DNA of 64,000 nt from Bdellovibrionales bacterium (GCA_965203275.1 OZ241865.1:2400001-2464000); one strand, 5' to 3'; positions 10,369 to 21,409 are shown, counted from the first letter of the stretch. The notes: generated from the sequence alone by a model not told the origin. Numbers and translations are program-made.

Positions 10369-11364
10369 TTAATGAAACACAATATCGTTATGAATCAAAA
10401 GCCTATCTTTGACCTGACAGCCTGAAAAGATGACAGAATCATGTACAGCAACACCAGAACCTAATATAACGTTATCTCCTATGACAGAATGTCCACTGAT
10501 TTTAACTCCGTTGCCTATCTTCAGTTTATTTCCTAATAAAACTGTTTGGACATCATCAATGTATGGCAGATTGTGATCTATTTGTGGTTTTAAATACTTT
10601 GACATAATTGCTTTTAAATAAGTATTGTTTTGTTTTAGATTCAATAAAGCCTTTGTAGTCTTCAAAAAATCCACTTTATTGCCTGTTTCAAACCAATATC
10701 CATTTTCATATACACATAACACATTGTCTCCTTTTTGAATTGCCATGGATAAAACATCTTGAAAAATATGAGTGTGTACTTGGACTCGTTTTAGATATTT
10801 AAAAATACGGTTAGAGAGCAAATAATAACCTATAAAATGACCTGCTACATGCATATTTTTTTGAGGTATATTTTGAGGTATATGACCAAAACGCATAATT
10901 TGATGTGTTTTCTTATGAAACCATACCGCAGAATAATGACTAAAACCTTTATAAGGTATTAAAACTAAAGTGGCTAAAGCATTGTGTTGTTTGTGCTTTT
11001 CATAAGCCGTCTTTAAAAACTCTGGATTGTCAGGAAGAAATACAGTATCTCCATTGACAACAAAAAAATCTTTTTCATCTTTAAAATATTTTTTAGCATT
11101 TTGAATGCCAGCAGCAGCTCCTAATAAATAAGGTTTTTCTTCTATAAAGTGCATAGAAGGTGAGATGTCTTTTAAAGTTTGAACCATTTGATCAGATAAG
11201 TGATGTAGATTACAAACAAACTCTTGCACCCCTGCTTTCAAAAGAGGAGTGATCGCATAATACACAATAGGAATGTTCAACAAGGGTAAAGATGGCTTAG
11301 GCCATTTATGAGTAATAGGTTGAAGTCTGCGACCTAAACCTGCTGTTAAAACAAAAGCTTTCAT
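10369..11364 (-). CDS. NDP-sugar nucleotidyltransferase (MurU-like)
   Basis: AGLGRRLQPIT..PKP motif, VNGD. Translationally coupled to the AmgK-like kinase. Confidence 0.8.
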   Translation of the reverse strand: MKAFVLTAGLGRRLQPITHKWPKPSLPLLNIPIVYYAITPLLKAGVQEFVCNLHHLSDQMVQTLKDISPSMHFIEEKPYLLGAAAGIQNAKKYFKDEKDFFVVNGDTVFLPDNPEFLKTAYEKHKQHNALATLVLIPYKGFSHYSAVWFHKKTHQIMRFGHIPQNIPQKNMHVAGHFIGYYLLSNRIFKYLKRVQVHTHIFQDVLSMAIQKGDNVLCVYENGYWFETGNKVDFLKTTKALLNLKQNNTYLKAIMSKYLKPQIDHNLPYIDDVQTVLLGNKLKIGNGVKISGHSVIGDNVILGSGVAVHDSVIFSGCQVKDRLLIHNDIVFH

Positions 11365-12371
11365 TAAATACAGTATTCCTTATTGACAAGATCATAATTT
11401 GTTAAAATGCTTTTTATAGCTTGATATTCAGGGAAATAAACAAGTGCATCTAGTATATTTTGCAAAGGCTTTGTCATATACTTTAAATAACGAGTATTTT
11501 TGTTTATATTATAAAGAGCAACAAATGTACCACACATTTTAAAACATCTTTGAATACAGTGCAAGTGATAAAGTTGCATAAATTCATCCCTAGAAATATA
11601 CAAGCCCAGCTCTCTTCTTTTTGTAATATAATATTCAATCAATAAATCTTCTAATTTTTGATCTATATCTACATAAGCATCTTTTAATAAACTGACTAAA
11701 TCATATTGACAAAGTGCCATCCTAGCATCTTGAAAATCAATAATATACACTTTATTTGATTTCATCATAATATTGCGAGAGTGATAATCTCTATGAGTCA
11801 TGCATTTTTTTTCTTTATCTAATTGATTGCTAATACTGATAAACTCTTTATTCAACTGAGCTTTCATCTTTGTGGTCAGTGGCATTTGACAGTAATCTTC
11901 TAATAAGTGTTTTTGTGTATAGAGCATTTCATTGGTGAATTTTTCAGTATCAAAGATAATATCAAAAGCAATGCAGGGTAAATATTTTGATCTGACCAAA
12001 CAATGAAACTTCACTAGCTCATTGATAGTTTGTTTATAAAAACTGATCAGCTCAGGTAAACTTTCTTTTTGCCAGAAAATATCTTCTAAGGTTGTATCTC
12101 CTAAATCTTCTAATAATGCCATACCTGACTTTTGATCGTGGTATAAGACTTGAGGGACAGCAATTTGATTGTAGCTTAAATACTTTTGAACACTTAGAAA
12201 AGAATTAAGTGAAGCAAAAGGTTTTTGATAACACATCAAAATAAATGTATTGGATCCTTGGATAACGCGGAAGTAAAGGCGATCAGAAGCATCCCCCTTA
12301 AGAGATTTTAACTGGAAACTTTCTGAATTGTTAAGAGCTGTTTTTAAAAACTTTGTTTTATTCTCATCCAT
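11364..12371 (-). CDS. amgK: Phosphotransferase, AmgK-like anomeric MurNAc/GlcNAc kinase
   Basis: GDASDRLYFR, LEDLGD, HRDYHSRNIM, IDFQDAR, YDLVSLLKD motifs. Confidence 0.8.
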   Translation of the reverse strand: MDENKTKFLKTALNNSESFQLKSLKGDASDRLYFRVIQGSNTFILMCYQKPFASLNSFLSVQKYLSYNQIAVPQVLYHDQKSGMALLEDLGDTTLEDIFWQKESLPELISFYKQTINELVKFHCLVRSKYLPCIAFDIIFDTEKFTNEMLYTQKHLLEDYCQMPLTTKMKAQLNKEFISISNQLDKEKKCMTHRDYHSRNIMMKSNKVYIIDFQDARMALCQYDLVSLLKDAYVDIDQKLEDLLIEYYITKRRELGLYISRDEFMQLYHLHCIQRCFKMCGTFVALYNINKNTRYLKYMTKPLQNILDALVYFPEYQAIKSILTNYDLVNKEYCI

Positions 12372-12476
12372 TTAGAGGTTGTCTCAACATTTCTAGTTAA
12401 TAATTAAGAGATTGTTTGGACATTTTTACAAAGCGTATTAAGTGTCTTGAGTTTCAATAGACAAAGATTATAAAGT

Positions 12477-13157
12477 TTATATTTTGAAAAGAATATCTAC
12501 TAAGACAGCCACATCAAAGGTTCTATAATAATAACGACGATACATATAATCACTTCCTTGATAACCACAAGTAGATGCTCCTACTCCTGTCCCACATTGA
12601 ACATCATTAAATAAAAAACTTCTGATTTGCAGACTGGGTCCTAGCCCTACTATAGAGCTAAAAAATTTAATGTACCCTACTTGAACAATAGCACCCATTC
12701 CACTACCCAGATTAAAATCTAAATTTTGCATATGACCTACAGTTAAACGTCGTCCTTCACCTCTATATTCTTGCCTCATATTTCCAGAGATAAAAAATAA
12801 ATAAGTTGCACTACCAAACCAGCCATTATTCATATATCCTGCTGTTAAGCCAACTCCTGTTGTCCTAATATGGGTATAATTACTGAGGTTAATAAAATTG
12901 GTATCAAATGCTGCCCCAACAAATAAACCTGCATTAAACTGAAAATAAACACCTAAGTTGCCAATAAGATTACGAGCAGTGGGTCTAGGATTAGATAGAG
13001 GATCATTTACACCACCGGTACTAGCTTGATCATCGGAGTAATCATTTGAATGCCCCATGTAAGAAATACCAAATGAAGGCTTAATCAAAAGATCAGCATA
13101 AACTGAGCATCCTAAATTCAAAGTAAAAAAGATAATAACAAATAAAAATTTTTGCAT
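12477..13157 (-). CDS. Exported protein, probable outer-membrane beta-barrel
   Basis: Signal peptide, alternating hydrophobic/Gly-rich strands, aromatic residue near the C-terminus. Confidence 0.5.
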   Translation of the reverse strand: MQKFLFVIIFFTLNLGCSVYADLLIKPSFGISYMGHSNDYSDDQASTGGVNDPLSNPRPTARNLIGNLGVYFQFNAGLFVGAAFDTNFINLSNYTHIRTTGVGLTAGYMNNGWFGSATYLFFISGNMRQEYRGEGRRLTVGHMQNLDFNLGSGMGAIVQVGYIKFFSSIVGLGPSLQIRSFLFNDVQCGTGVGASTCGYQGSDYMYRRYYYRTFDVAVLVDILFKI

Positions 13158-13318
13158 AATTTTTACACTGTTCCTTTTTACTTATAGCGTTTCAATAAAC
13201 AACAATTTTGTCAAGATTTTGAATAGCAAAGCTAGACTATATCACTAAAAGCCACTCACACTTCCGACGTGTTTTTAGAAAATCCACTGATAGCTTATAC
13301 CATCGTGAAAACACTCGA

Positions 13319-13960
13319 CTATACTATTTTCCCATCAGATAAACGAATAACAAAATGAGCTACTTCATTTATATCTCTTACATCATGTGTGACCATAAGA
13401 GCAGGGATATTAAATTCTTCTACAAGATTTCTAATCAAAGATTGAGCTGCTTGATGTCTCTTGCTATCTAATGCACTGAAGGGTTCATCTAACAATAAGA
13501 TGCGAGACCGACTCATCAAGGCATTAGCAATAGCAAGCCTTTGTTGTTCTCCGCCTGATAAATCTCTAGCCTTTTGTTTTAAAATGTGGTTTATTTCTAA
13601 AACATGGGCTACTTTATCTAAAAGTTTTTTTAAATCTTGTTTAGACTTATGACGTGGACTACCCGCAAATAACATGTTTTGCTCTCCTGTGAGGTGGGGG
13701 AAAATATCATTTTCTTGAAAGACAACTCCAATGCGACGTTTTTGAAGTGATAACTCAGCTAAGTCCTCTCCTTTGAATATCCAAGAAAAAGAAGCACATT
13801 TTTGCACACCTAAAAGTACTTTCAAAAAGGTGGTTTTACCACTACCACTTTCACCCACAAGAGCAGTGATCCCTTCATCTGAGAGAGAAAGATGAGGAAT
13901 ATCCAACTGGAATGAACCAAAATCCACAAAAACATTTTGTATCAAAGACATGATCATCAA
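13319..13960 (-). CDS. ABC transporter ATP-binding protein (ThiQ-like)
   Basis: Walker A GESGSGKT, signature LSGGEQQR, Walker B LLLDEP. Confidence 0.9.
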   Translation of the reverse strand: MMIMSLIQNVFVDFGSFQLDIPHLSLSDEGITALVGESGSGKTTFLKVLLGVQKCASFSWIFKGEDLAELSLQKRRIGVVFQENDIFPHLTGEQNMLFAGSPRHKSKQDLKKLLDKVAHVLEINHILKQKARDLSGGEQQRLAIANALMSRSRILLLDEPFSALDSKRHQAAQSLIRNLVEEFNIPALMVTHDVRDINEVAHFVIRLSDGKIV

Positions 13961-14000
13961 CCTTTTATTTCTAAATGTATCTTTGTTACTTGGACTTGAA

Positions 14001-15458
14001 TCATCTAGGATGTTTTCCTAAAAGCCAAATCTTGGAATTAAATATCCAAAATGCAAAACATCCAACTAGCAACATTAAAAGTAATATCCATGAAGCTCCT
14101 GTGAATTGATAACGAGAGAGCATATTGCTTAAAAGTAAAGGCAATGTACTATTGCTATCTTTAAAAAGCATAAGAGATAAAGTAAAATCACCTACAGCCC
14201 AAAAGGCAGCTAGACCTGCTAACTGCCATGCAAGTCTTTGAGACTGAGGCCATATAATATGTAAAAAAATAGACCAATGATGATGTCCCATAAGCCTTGC
14301 TAATGTCCTCTGTGATTCTAATCTTAAAATCTCTGTTGACCATTTCCAACGATATAATCCGCCTAAAGATAAAAGACATAAACCCAATGAGTTTAGAAAA
14401 GCCACCTGCATAAGTGACCTTAATTCCCAATGAAGATAATAAGATAAAAACAAAAGGGCAAAGCCCATCACAGCTGTACTGGGCATCATAAATAGTAAAT
14501 AAAATTTATCTAACAAAATGCTATATCCTACCAAAGCCATCATGGCTAAGATCAAAAGAACCATCAACCCAGTCAAAAAACCTATCAATAAACTGCCACT
14601 TAAGGGCTTAAATAAAAGCAAAGGTTCTGACAAAAGCGTAGCAAAGGCAGGCCATCCAGTGATCAAATCTCCAAAGCAAGCACAAAGTAAAAGCACAGTG
14701 ATTGATAGCGGTAAATAAATAAAATATTTGAAGCCTATATCCTGACAATTCCATGTTTGTTTTTTCTCTCTAAAGTGAGGAAGTAAATAAATAAAAAAAA
14801 GCAAGATAAAAATCTGATATAAAGAGAGCAAAGCTGCTGCATTGATATGGCCTTCAAATCTTATAAGTTCATAAATAGCCATTTCTGTTGTGACCCATTG
14901 GCCTCCACCTAAAATCAAAGGGATAGAAAAAGACCCTAAACATAAGCACAATAGCATAAGAAAAACAGTAAACAAATCTCTCTTGATGCTTGGAAGTAAT
15001 ACATAAAAGAAAATACTTTTTTGAGAATGTCCAAAAAGTCTTGCTAAGATAGGTCCAGCTCCACAGCTTTCTTGCAAACTCTTTGCTAACATCACAGATA
15101 CAAGACCTGAATATATTAAAGTATGTGCCATAACAATACCTGTGAATCCATAAGGAAAATCAAAGGGCAGAAAGGAAAAAATACTTAACAGAGAAAAAAT
15201 CACAAAAAGAGAAGGGAAAAAACTAGGCAATACAATAAACATTTCTAAAAAAGTTTTGTTACCTTGGTATCTGATCAAACCCAATGCTCCTAAGAATCCA
15301 ATAGCAATTGCTATCAGACTACTCCAAAAACCTTGTAAAAAAGTTTTATACAATATAAGAGCAGGAAAATCCGGCACACTCCAATCATGGAAAGTGGAAA
15401 AAATAATCAAATAAGGTAGGAGTAGAATAAAAACTAAAAAAGTTTTAATAAAAATCAT
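14001..15458 (-). CDS. ABC transporter permease (ThiP/FbpB-like, duplicated domain)
   Basis: Polytopic protein with two EAA-like loops (LARLFG, LARLMG), in an operon with the thiamine-binding-type protein. Confidence 0.75.
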   Translation of the reverse strand: MIFIKTFLVFILLLPYLIIFSTFHDWSVPDFPALILYKTFLQGFWSSLIAIAIGFLGALGLIRYQGNKTFLEMFIVLPSFFPSLFVIFSLLSIFSFLPFDFPYGFTGIVMAHTLIYSGLVSVMLAKSLQESCGAGPILARLFGHSQKSIFFYVLLPSIKRDLFTVFLMLLCLCLGSFSIPLILGGGQWVTTEMAIYELIRFEGHINAAALLSLYQIFILLFFIYLLPHFREKKQTWNCQDIGFKYFIYLPLSITVLLLCACFGDLITGWPAFATLLSEPLLLFKPLSGSLLIGFLTGLMVLLILAMMALVGYSILLDKFYLLFMMPSTAVMGFALLFLSYYLHWELRSLMQVAFLNSLGLCLLSLGGLYRWKWSTEILRLESQRTLARLMGHHHWSIFLHIIWPQSQRLAWQLAGLAAFWAVGDFTLSLMLFKDSNSTLPLLLSNMLSRYQFTGASWILLLMLLVGCFAFWIFNSKIWLLGKHPR

Positions 15459-16491
15459 GTAAGCCTTCTAAAGATCTCTTCCAGTTTTTCAGATAAAAGC
15501 TTTCTGGTTTTTGTAATGTATGGTGTGGAATAAGAGATAAATTTGGAAGATCAGCAAAGGCAGTGCCTTCTTCCACATTGGCAATCACAGGGAACATATA
15601 ATTTTTTGTCATTATAAGCTTCTGCACTGGTTGACTATGAAGAAATTTAAGAAATTTCAATGCCATTGGTTTACGAGGGCTATCAGCCACAACTCCTGCA
15701 AATTCTATTTGATAGGGATGGCCAGAATGAAATTCCATAACTTTCAGTGTGTGATTGTTTTCTTCTATTCTATGATAAGCCAGAGAAGTTAAATAAGAAA
15801 AAGCTATATCTGTTTGTTTTTTGGTAAACAATCCGTACATAACTGTCCAAGAAGGAGATAGTAAATAAGCTTTTTGAATAAATTGAGAAAGTGTGTTTTG
15901 TCCAAATTGATTGAGTATCCAAACTAAAAATTGAAACCCTGGGGAGCTACTTCTAGGATCCATTAGTGCATATTTGATATCATAAGTTAAAATATCTTGA
16001 GGTGTTTGAATTGTAGATAATTTATTAGATGGTCTATAAATAAAAGTTAGAGGTGACCAATCAAAAGGCAAAAAGGTATTGTATTCCTGAGAGAATTTAA
16101 TTGCTTGGAATCTTTGTGAAAGCCTTGTGTGGGGATACCATGGTATCTTCTCCCATTGGAGAATATTATAAGCTTGTGAAATAGAAAATTGATCAAGTCC
16201 TAAAACCACATCCGCATCAGTTGTGCCTTTAATTTTTATTTCAGTATTCAATCTTTGCAAAAGAGTTCTCGCATCACCAATATTTTCAAGATGCAATTGA
16301 CAATTTGTTTGTTCTTGAAAAAGAGCTTGGAGATCTCCGCCTACACCTGTGGAGCTAGCAAAGGATGAATAAGTATATACGTAGACGGCACAGGTTTCTG
16401 GCGGTTTGGTTTTAGACCAATAGAGGATTAAAATTAGCAATACAATTAATCCTACAGGTATGTATTTTTTAAGGTACTTGTATTGTGGCAT
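15445..16491 (-). CDS. Thiamine ABC transporter substrate-binding protein (ThiB/TbpA-like)
   Basis: VYTYSSF, ADVVLGLD, DPRSSSPG, SYLTS, QIEFAG, NYMFPV motifs typical of TbpA. Confidence 0.8.
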   Translation of the reverse strand: MPQYKYLKKYIPVGLIVLLILILYWSKTKPPETCAVYVYTYSSFASSTGVGGDLQALFQEQTNCQLHLENIGDARTLLQRLNTEIKIKGTTDADVVLGLDQFSISQAYNILQWEKIPWYPHTRLSQRFQAIKFSQEYNTFLPFDWSPLTFIYRPSNKLSTIQTPQDILTYDIKYALMDPRSSSPGFQFLVWILNQFGQNTLSQFIQKAYLLSPSWTVMYGLFTKKQTDIAFSYLTSLAYHRIEENNHTLKVMEFHSGHPYQIEFAGVVADSPRKPMALKFLKFLHSQPVQKLIMTKNYMFPVIANVEEGTAFADLPNLSLIPHHTLQKPESFYLKNWKRSLEGLHDFY

Positions 16492-16549
16492 CTTAAACTT
16501 TTTTCATCATGTATAACTATAATTATTGAGAGTACTTCTAACTAAACAA

Positions 16550-17617
16550 TTAGTGGATACATTGACTTAAGTCATACCGGCACATTCCAAAGCGATCTAT
16601 TTCTACAAAAAAAGCCAATGATAGCTTAGCAAAATTGATAGCATGTTTTGCATTATTACCTGAAACTTCAAAAGTATCCGTGGTCTTATGTATGTGAGGA
16701 TTGATTTCACGCAATCTAGCTTCTGTCAACATAGAGGCAGGATATCCTGCAATATACCAAGAAGCATGATCTGAACATCCATAACCACATTGATCATATT
16801 CCCATTGTAATGTTGGAAGATAAGTATTAATGACTCGCTTCAAAAAACTATTTTGTCCAGGGTCTGTGTAATCAGAGATCATCACAAGATCAAGATCCTC
16901 AGATCCTTTAAAATTAACAAGGTCCAAATTAATGCTACCAATAACTTTCTGATTGCTTTCTGCAAAAGAATTAGCTATATGCTCTGAGCCTTTGCGGCCT
17001 ATTTCTTCTGCTGCATAAGCCATAAACATCATCGTTCTTGTTGGACGATAATTGTTAGAAACCAAAACTCTTAAAACTTCTGTAATAGTGGCAATGCCAG
17101 AAGCATTATCATCAGCCCCAGGTGCATTTGTCCTCAAAGCAACCTCTTCATCAGGCATGACACCACGGCCTTCTTTTACAACAGAATCTGCATGAGCACC
17201 TAAAATAATTTTTTCTTCAGGAAACATACTTCCTTGAATTGAAAGAATCAAAGAAGGCATAGGGCTAAATTCTGTATGGTGAAAAAATTCTATGTGAACG
17301 TCATCCCTGTTTTGTGTTATTTGTTCCCATTGAGATTTCAACCATTCTTGTGATTCGATAGCCTCTGGACTTTTATAAAATCTTGAAAACTCTGAAAAAG
17401 ATATTATGGTCTCTGCGATTTCTGAATCACTTACATTCTCTAACATCTCAACGACTTCTGATAATGGTTCTTTAACATTGTCAGAGACTTCACTTTCTTG
17501 AAGTGGTTGTTGTGTGCTTTTTTGATTTTCCTCTTGGTGAAGCTGTGTGGTTTGACTGTTAGCATAAGTTGTACTTAAAATCATCATCCATGATAATAAA
17601 ATAATTGCTGTTCTCAT
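16550..17617 (-). CDS. Secreted M28-family (leucyl) aminopeptidase
   Basis: GAHADS, PGADDNASG, AAEEIG, CGYGCSDHASW zinc-ligand motifs; signal peptide. Confidence 0.9.
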   Translation of the reverse strand: MRTAIILLSWMMILSTTYANSQTTQLHQEENQKSTQQPLQESEVSDNVKEPLSEVVEMLENVSDSEIAETIISFSEFSRFYKSPEAIESQEWLKSQWEQITQNRDDVHIEFFHHTEFSPMPSLILSIQGSMFPEEKIILGAHADSVVKEGRGVMPDEEVALRTNAPGADDNASGIATITEVLRVLVSNNYRPTRTMMFMAYAAEEIGRKGSEHIANSFAESNQKVIGSINLDLVNFKGSEDLDLVMISDYTDPGQNSFLKRVINTYLPTLQWEYDQCGYGCSDHASWYIAGYPASMLTEARLREINPHIHKTTDTFEVSGNNAKHAINFAKLSLAFFVEIDRFGMCRYDLSQCIH

Positions 17618-17883
17618 AATTATAACCTCCTATATATTATTTGTTATTTGTAATATTTGTAATAAAACAATCTTGTTGCATGAAAAACAAAATCTCTGTT
17701 TACTTGTACAAAGTTTTGTTGCTTTGTTATACATCATTCATGCTACAAATCCATTAAATATTTTTTGCCATTATAATTAAGAGTTTTAAGAATGCAAGCA
17801 TAAAATATACCTTTTGTAAAATTTACATAGCGATTTTTATTTTAACTTCCTATACCCTTATATTTTATGACACACGATCACAG

Positions 17884-18711
17884 TTATATGATAAAAATAT
17901 GCACTAACCAAACATAAACAGGTATAGCAAATAAAAAGCTATCTATTCTGTCTAAAGTTCCTCCATGTCCAGGCATGAACCACCCTGAATCTTTAACTCC
18001 AGCCTCTCGCTTTAAAAGAGACTCAAAAAAATCACCTATTTGTCCCACAAACCCTGTTATAAGAGATATTAAAACAAATATAGGAAATGCTAGGTGAGGA
18101 AACCACATAAAATAAGCTATACTGCCAGCAAATGCCGAACCTACAAGTCCTCCTAAGCAACCTATTTGTGTTTTATGAGGTGAAATATGAGGGAGTATTT
18201 TCGTCTCTCCCCATATACGACCTGCAACATAAGATAAAGTATCTCCAATAAAAATAATTCCGCAAAGAGTAAAAAATAAATACACGTTCAAATGAAGTAG
18301 GTCAATGATTAAAGAAGGAATATACCCTAGATAAATGATTCCAACAGCAACTACTAAAATATTGTAGATTGTTTGATGGAATTTTTGTGTGACTTTTGTT
18401 AATTCACAAGAAATAAATACAATAAAAAGACAGGCTATAAGTATATATATGGTGTTTTGAGAGAAGATATCTTTATATAAATAAAGATGACAAGCTAAAA
18501 TAAAGCAAAAACGAGTGATAAAGTTAGGTTTTTGTTTGATAAAAAAAGTAACGTTGAGGTATTCATAAGAAGCCATCAGACAAATAAGAGCTAAAAAGAA
18601 CTTAATACCTGTTATACCTAATAAGACATAACTGCCTGAGAGGAGTATAAGCCCTACACTAGCTGAAAAACACCTTAGATAAAAAGGGTTATGTTTGTTT
18701 TTTGAACGCAT
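17884..18711 (-). CDS. cdsA: Phosphatidate cytidylyltransferase
   Basis: ISPHKT and GDFFESLLKREAGVKDSG..MPGHGGTLDRIDS signature. Confidence 0.93.
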   Translation of the reverse strand: MRSKNKHNPFYLRCFSASVGLILLSGSYVLLGITGIKFFLALICLMASYEYLNVTFFIKQKPNFITRFCFILACHLYLYKDIFSQNTIYILIACLFIVFISCELTKVTQKFHQTIYNILVVAVGIIYLGYIPSLIIDLLHLNVYLFFTLCGIIFIGDTLSYVAGRIWGETKILPHISPHKTQIGCLGGLVGSAFAGSIAYFMWFPHLAFPIFVLISLITGFVGQIGDFFESLLKREAGVKDSGWFMPGHGGTLDRIDSFLFAIPVYVWLVHIFII

Positions 18712-18768
18712 ATATTTTTAATTTGTTTGTTAGATAATTTTAGATATTTTATAAAGCTTATTTTTGTA

Positions 18769-19287
18769 TCAAAATGGTAGGCGTTTAAGTTTCATTTGAT
18801 CCATATCATAAGCTCTTATACCCAGCAAAAGTGTCTCTCCACCTGATGTTGGTTCAACTACTGCTTTATTAACATAAGTATTGATAGCTAAAATGCGACC
18901 TTCAAAGCTAGTCCAATGGAACAAAGGGTCAATATGATATAAATCAGAATTTACAAAAACAGGACGATTTGTATTGACACAAAGTTTTGTGCCTATATTA
19001 ATCAAACAGCCATTCGTTCTATATAAGTCCATTTCATTATAGATACCGTAATTGTTATCCTCAAATTGCACAGTGACCATACCATGATTGTCTATAGTCG
19101 AAACTTTAGCTGGCCTTGCTTTGTTACATTGATACCCATAAGTCTGATAGGAGCAATCATCCACAACATAAACTAGATCATCTACATTCAATACAGTTGT
19201 TTCATGGATCTGGGATGAAGTCATTGCAACAGTGTCTAACACAAAACCTTGTATAAAAAATAAACTCAAAATAAATATTTTTAACAT
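18769..19287 (-). CDS. Hypothetical secreted protein
   Basis: 172-aa ORF with a signal peptide and 4 Cys. Confidence 0.6.
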   Translation of the reverse strand: MLKIFILSLFFIQGFVLDTVAMTSSQIHETTVLNVDDLVYVVDDCSYQTYGYQCNKARPAKVSTIDNHGMVTVQFEDNNYGIYNEMDLYRTNGCLINIGTKLCVNTNRPVFVNSDLYHIDPLFHWTSFEGRILAINTYVNKAVVEPTSGGETLLLGIRAYDMDQMKLKRLPF

Positions 19288-19421
19288 GATGTTTTGATTT
19301 AATTTTTCTTAAATTAATTTTAAATTATTATATTATTTATAGGTTTGTGTCAAATTTTTTATAAGGGGTATGTATTTTAAAGTATATGACAGAGTAAAAA
19401 AGAAGCTTAGCGTGTATATTT

Positions 19422-19508
19422 CAATATTATATTGGTGGCAGTCGTTATGACGAATGGACCATGAGTGATGCCAAGGTATTAGCAAACGAGGCCAATGGTG
19501 TTGATTAA
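19422..19508 (+). pseudogene. Short type IV pilin 3'-end fragment (copy 1)
   Basis: Identical to 62630-62716; encodes IGGSRYDEWTMSDAKVLANEANGVD*. Confidence 0.55.
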
Positions 19509-19607
19509 TCACATAATCCTTTAATTTTAAAGTTTAAGCATGATAGAGCATAAAGGCCGCTTGCTACGTCCCGTATATTCTTATTAAATAGATAGTTATT
19601 GTGTCGC

Positions 19608-19763
19608 CTCTCTTAAGAGTCTTTTTACATCTTCTGAAATTAAAGATAAGGTGGGTGTTGGAACACCGACTCTCTTAAGAGTCTTTTTACATCTTCTGAA
19701 ATTAAAGATAAGGTGGGTGTTGGAACACCGACTCTCTTAAGAGTCTTTTTACATCTTCTGAAA
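19608..19763. repeat. 62-bp tandem duplication (2.5 units) at the ankyrin gene 3' end
   Basis: ctctcttaagagtctttttacatcttctgaaa at 19608, 19670 and 19732, separated by two identical 30-bp segments. Confidence 0.9.
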
Positions 19764-20691
19764 GTGTTCTCTCATAGTCTAAGATACTAAATCCAACATT
19801 GTCTTCAAGATCGACGTTAGCTCCGGCCGCTAGCAATGCCCTTACAACCTCTATATGGCCATAAAGACTAGCCAACACTAAAGCCGTCCGGCCTCTTTTG
19901 CTTTGATGATCGACGTCCGCACCATATTCTATCAATAATCTTACAATCTCTATATCGCCTTCACGACTAGCCCATATTAAAGCCGTCCTGCCTCTGTTGT
20001 CTTCAAGATTGACGTTAGCTCCATATTCTATCAATAACCTTGCAAGAGTTCTAAATTTATCATATTTAACAGCTCTTATTAAAGATATATCATCCACGTT
20101 GGCTCCGGCCGCTAGCAATGCCCTTACAATCTCAATATGGCCTTCATGACCAACCCACATTAAAGCCGTTTTGCCATTAATGGTTTGAAGATGGACGTTA
20201 GCTCCGGCATCTAGCAATACCCTTACAATCTCAATATGGCCATCAAAAGCAGCCCATATTAAAGCCGTCCAGCCAACACTGTCTCCAAGATCAACGTTAG
20301 CTCCGGCCGCTAGCAATGCCCTTACAACCTCTATATGGGCTTCATGACTAGCCCACATTAAAGCCGTCCAGCGATTGTCTTCACGATCAACGTTAGCTCC
20401 GGCCGCTAGCAATGCCCTTACAATCTCAATATGGCCATCAAAACTAGCATTTATTAAAGCCAGCCGGCCATCATTGCCTTGAAGATTGACGTTACCGTTT
20501 TCAATTAAACGTCTTACACAATTAAGATTGTTCCGTTTAACGCATTCTATTAATTCTCTTAGGTCTTCACTTTGCTGAATAACTTGATGTGTTCCTTCAA
20601 CCTTTTGTCCATTTTCTACTGTATTTTGAGTAGCTTCTGAATTTTGACATGCAATCATGGATAAAAATAAAGATAAAAATATATTTCTCAT
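19702..20691 (-). CDS. Secreted (probable lipoprotein) ankyrin-repeat protein
   Basis: About 7-8 G.TAL..AS..GH.E.VR.LL..GA.V repeats; leader MRNIFLSLFLSMIAC. Confidence 0.92.
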   Translation of the reverse strand: MRNIFLSLFLSMIACQNSEATQNTVENGQKVEGTHQVIQQSEDLRELIECVKRNNLNCVRRLIENGNVNLQGNDGRLALINASFDGHIEIVRALLAAGANVDREDNRWTALMWASHEAHIEVVRALLAAGANVDLGDSVGWTALIWAAFDGHIEIVRVLLDAGANVHLQTINGKTALMWVGHEGHIEIVRALLAAGANVDDISLIRAVKYDKFRTLARLLIEYGANVNLEDNRGRTALIWASREGDIEIVRLLIEYGADVDHQSKRGRTALVLASLYGHIEVVRALLAAGANVDLEDNVGFSILDYERTLSEDVKRLLRESVFQHPPYL

Positions 20692-20912
20692 TATTTGATA
20701 CTCCTTTTAAATTGGTTAAAATTTTTAAGTTAAATAACAATAAAGCACATACAAGGTTAAAGCCTTGATTAAAAAGGCTTTTTCTATGTTTTAGAAGTAA
20801 CCCTTGATAATTTTTGTAAAAATATCTTAATTTAGGGGCGAAGTCAAGCATTTTTAAGAATTAAGAAAAAAGTGAATAGGAACATCCTTAAGTAAGTTTT
20901 TTTAGATATACG

Positions 20913-21396
20913 ATGTTAAAGCTCATCAAGACCTCATTTTCACGATGGTTTGACATACTTTGGTCTACATGATAAGATAAATATAAAAATATAAGTTTAT
21001 GCAGAGGGTTAAAGCTTTTATTGATTTTTTAAAAGAATATATATATGGTGAGTGTATGAAAAAGAAAATAAGGGTTATTTTAGTATTTTTTCTATCTAAT
21101 GAGACATTTATTCTATGGCCTTGTCCTAAAGTCACATTCGATGGCATTAAACAATCAATGATGGATAAGTTAGAGAGAACGCTTATAACTTATTTTTTCC
21201 CTTTAATTGTTCCACTGACTCATCCTACCCTTTAAATCAGGTTAGTTCCGGCTGATTAAATCATCACACTTTCAGAACTTGTAAATGCCACTAAACTTCT
21301 TTATTAAAAAAACCGATAGATATTCTGACAGTCCAGTCCATGCCTAAACCTACAACTTGCCTGATAAATAAGAACATGGATGCATGAAAATAAAAC
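20913..21396. repeat. ~480-bp leader module, copy 1 (copy 2 at 27226-27707)
   Basis: Near-identical direct duplicate, each copy ending just before the RBS of a small gene. Contains TAAA-N16-ACCGATAG (sigma28-like) at 21292-21319. Confidence 0.9.
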
Positions 21397-21409
21397 CTAG
21401 GAGGATATT

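Noticed and set aside
19608..19763. CRISPR-like pattern (three 32-bp repeats with 30-bp spacers)
   Set aside because: The two spacers are identical, the repeat is ankyrin C-terminal coding sequence, and no cas genes are present.
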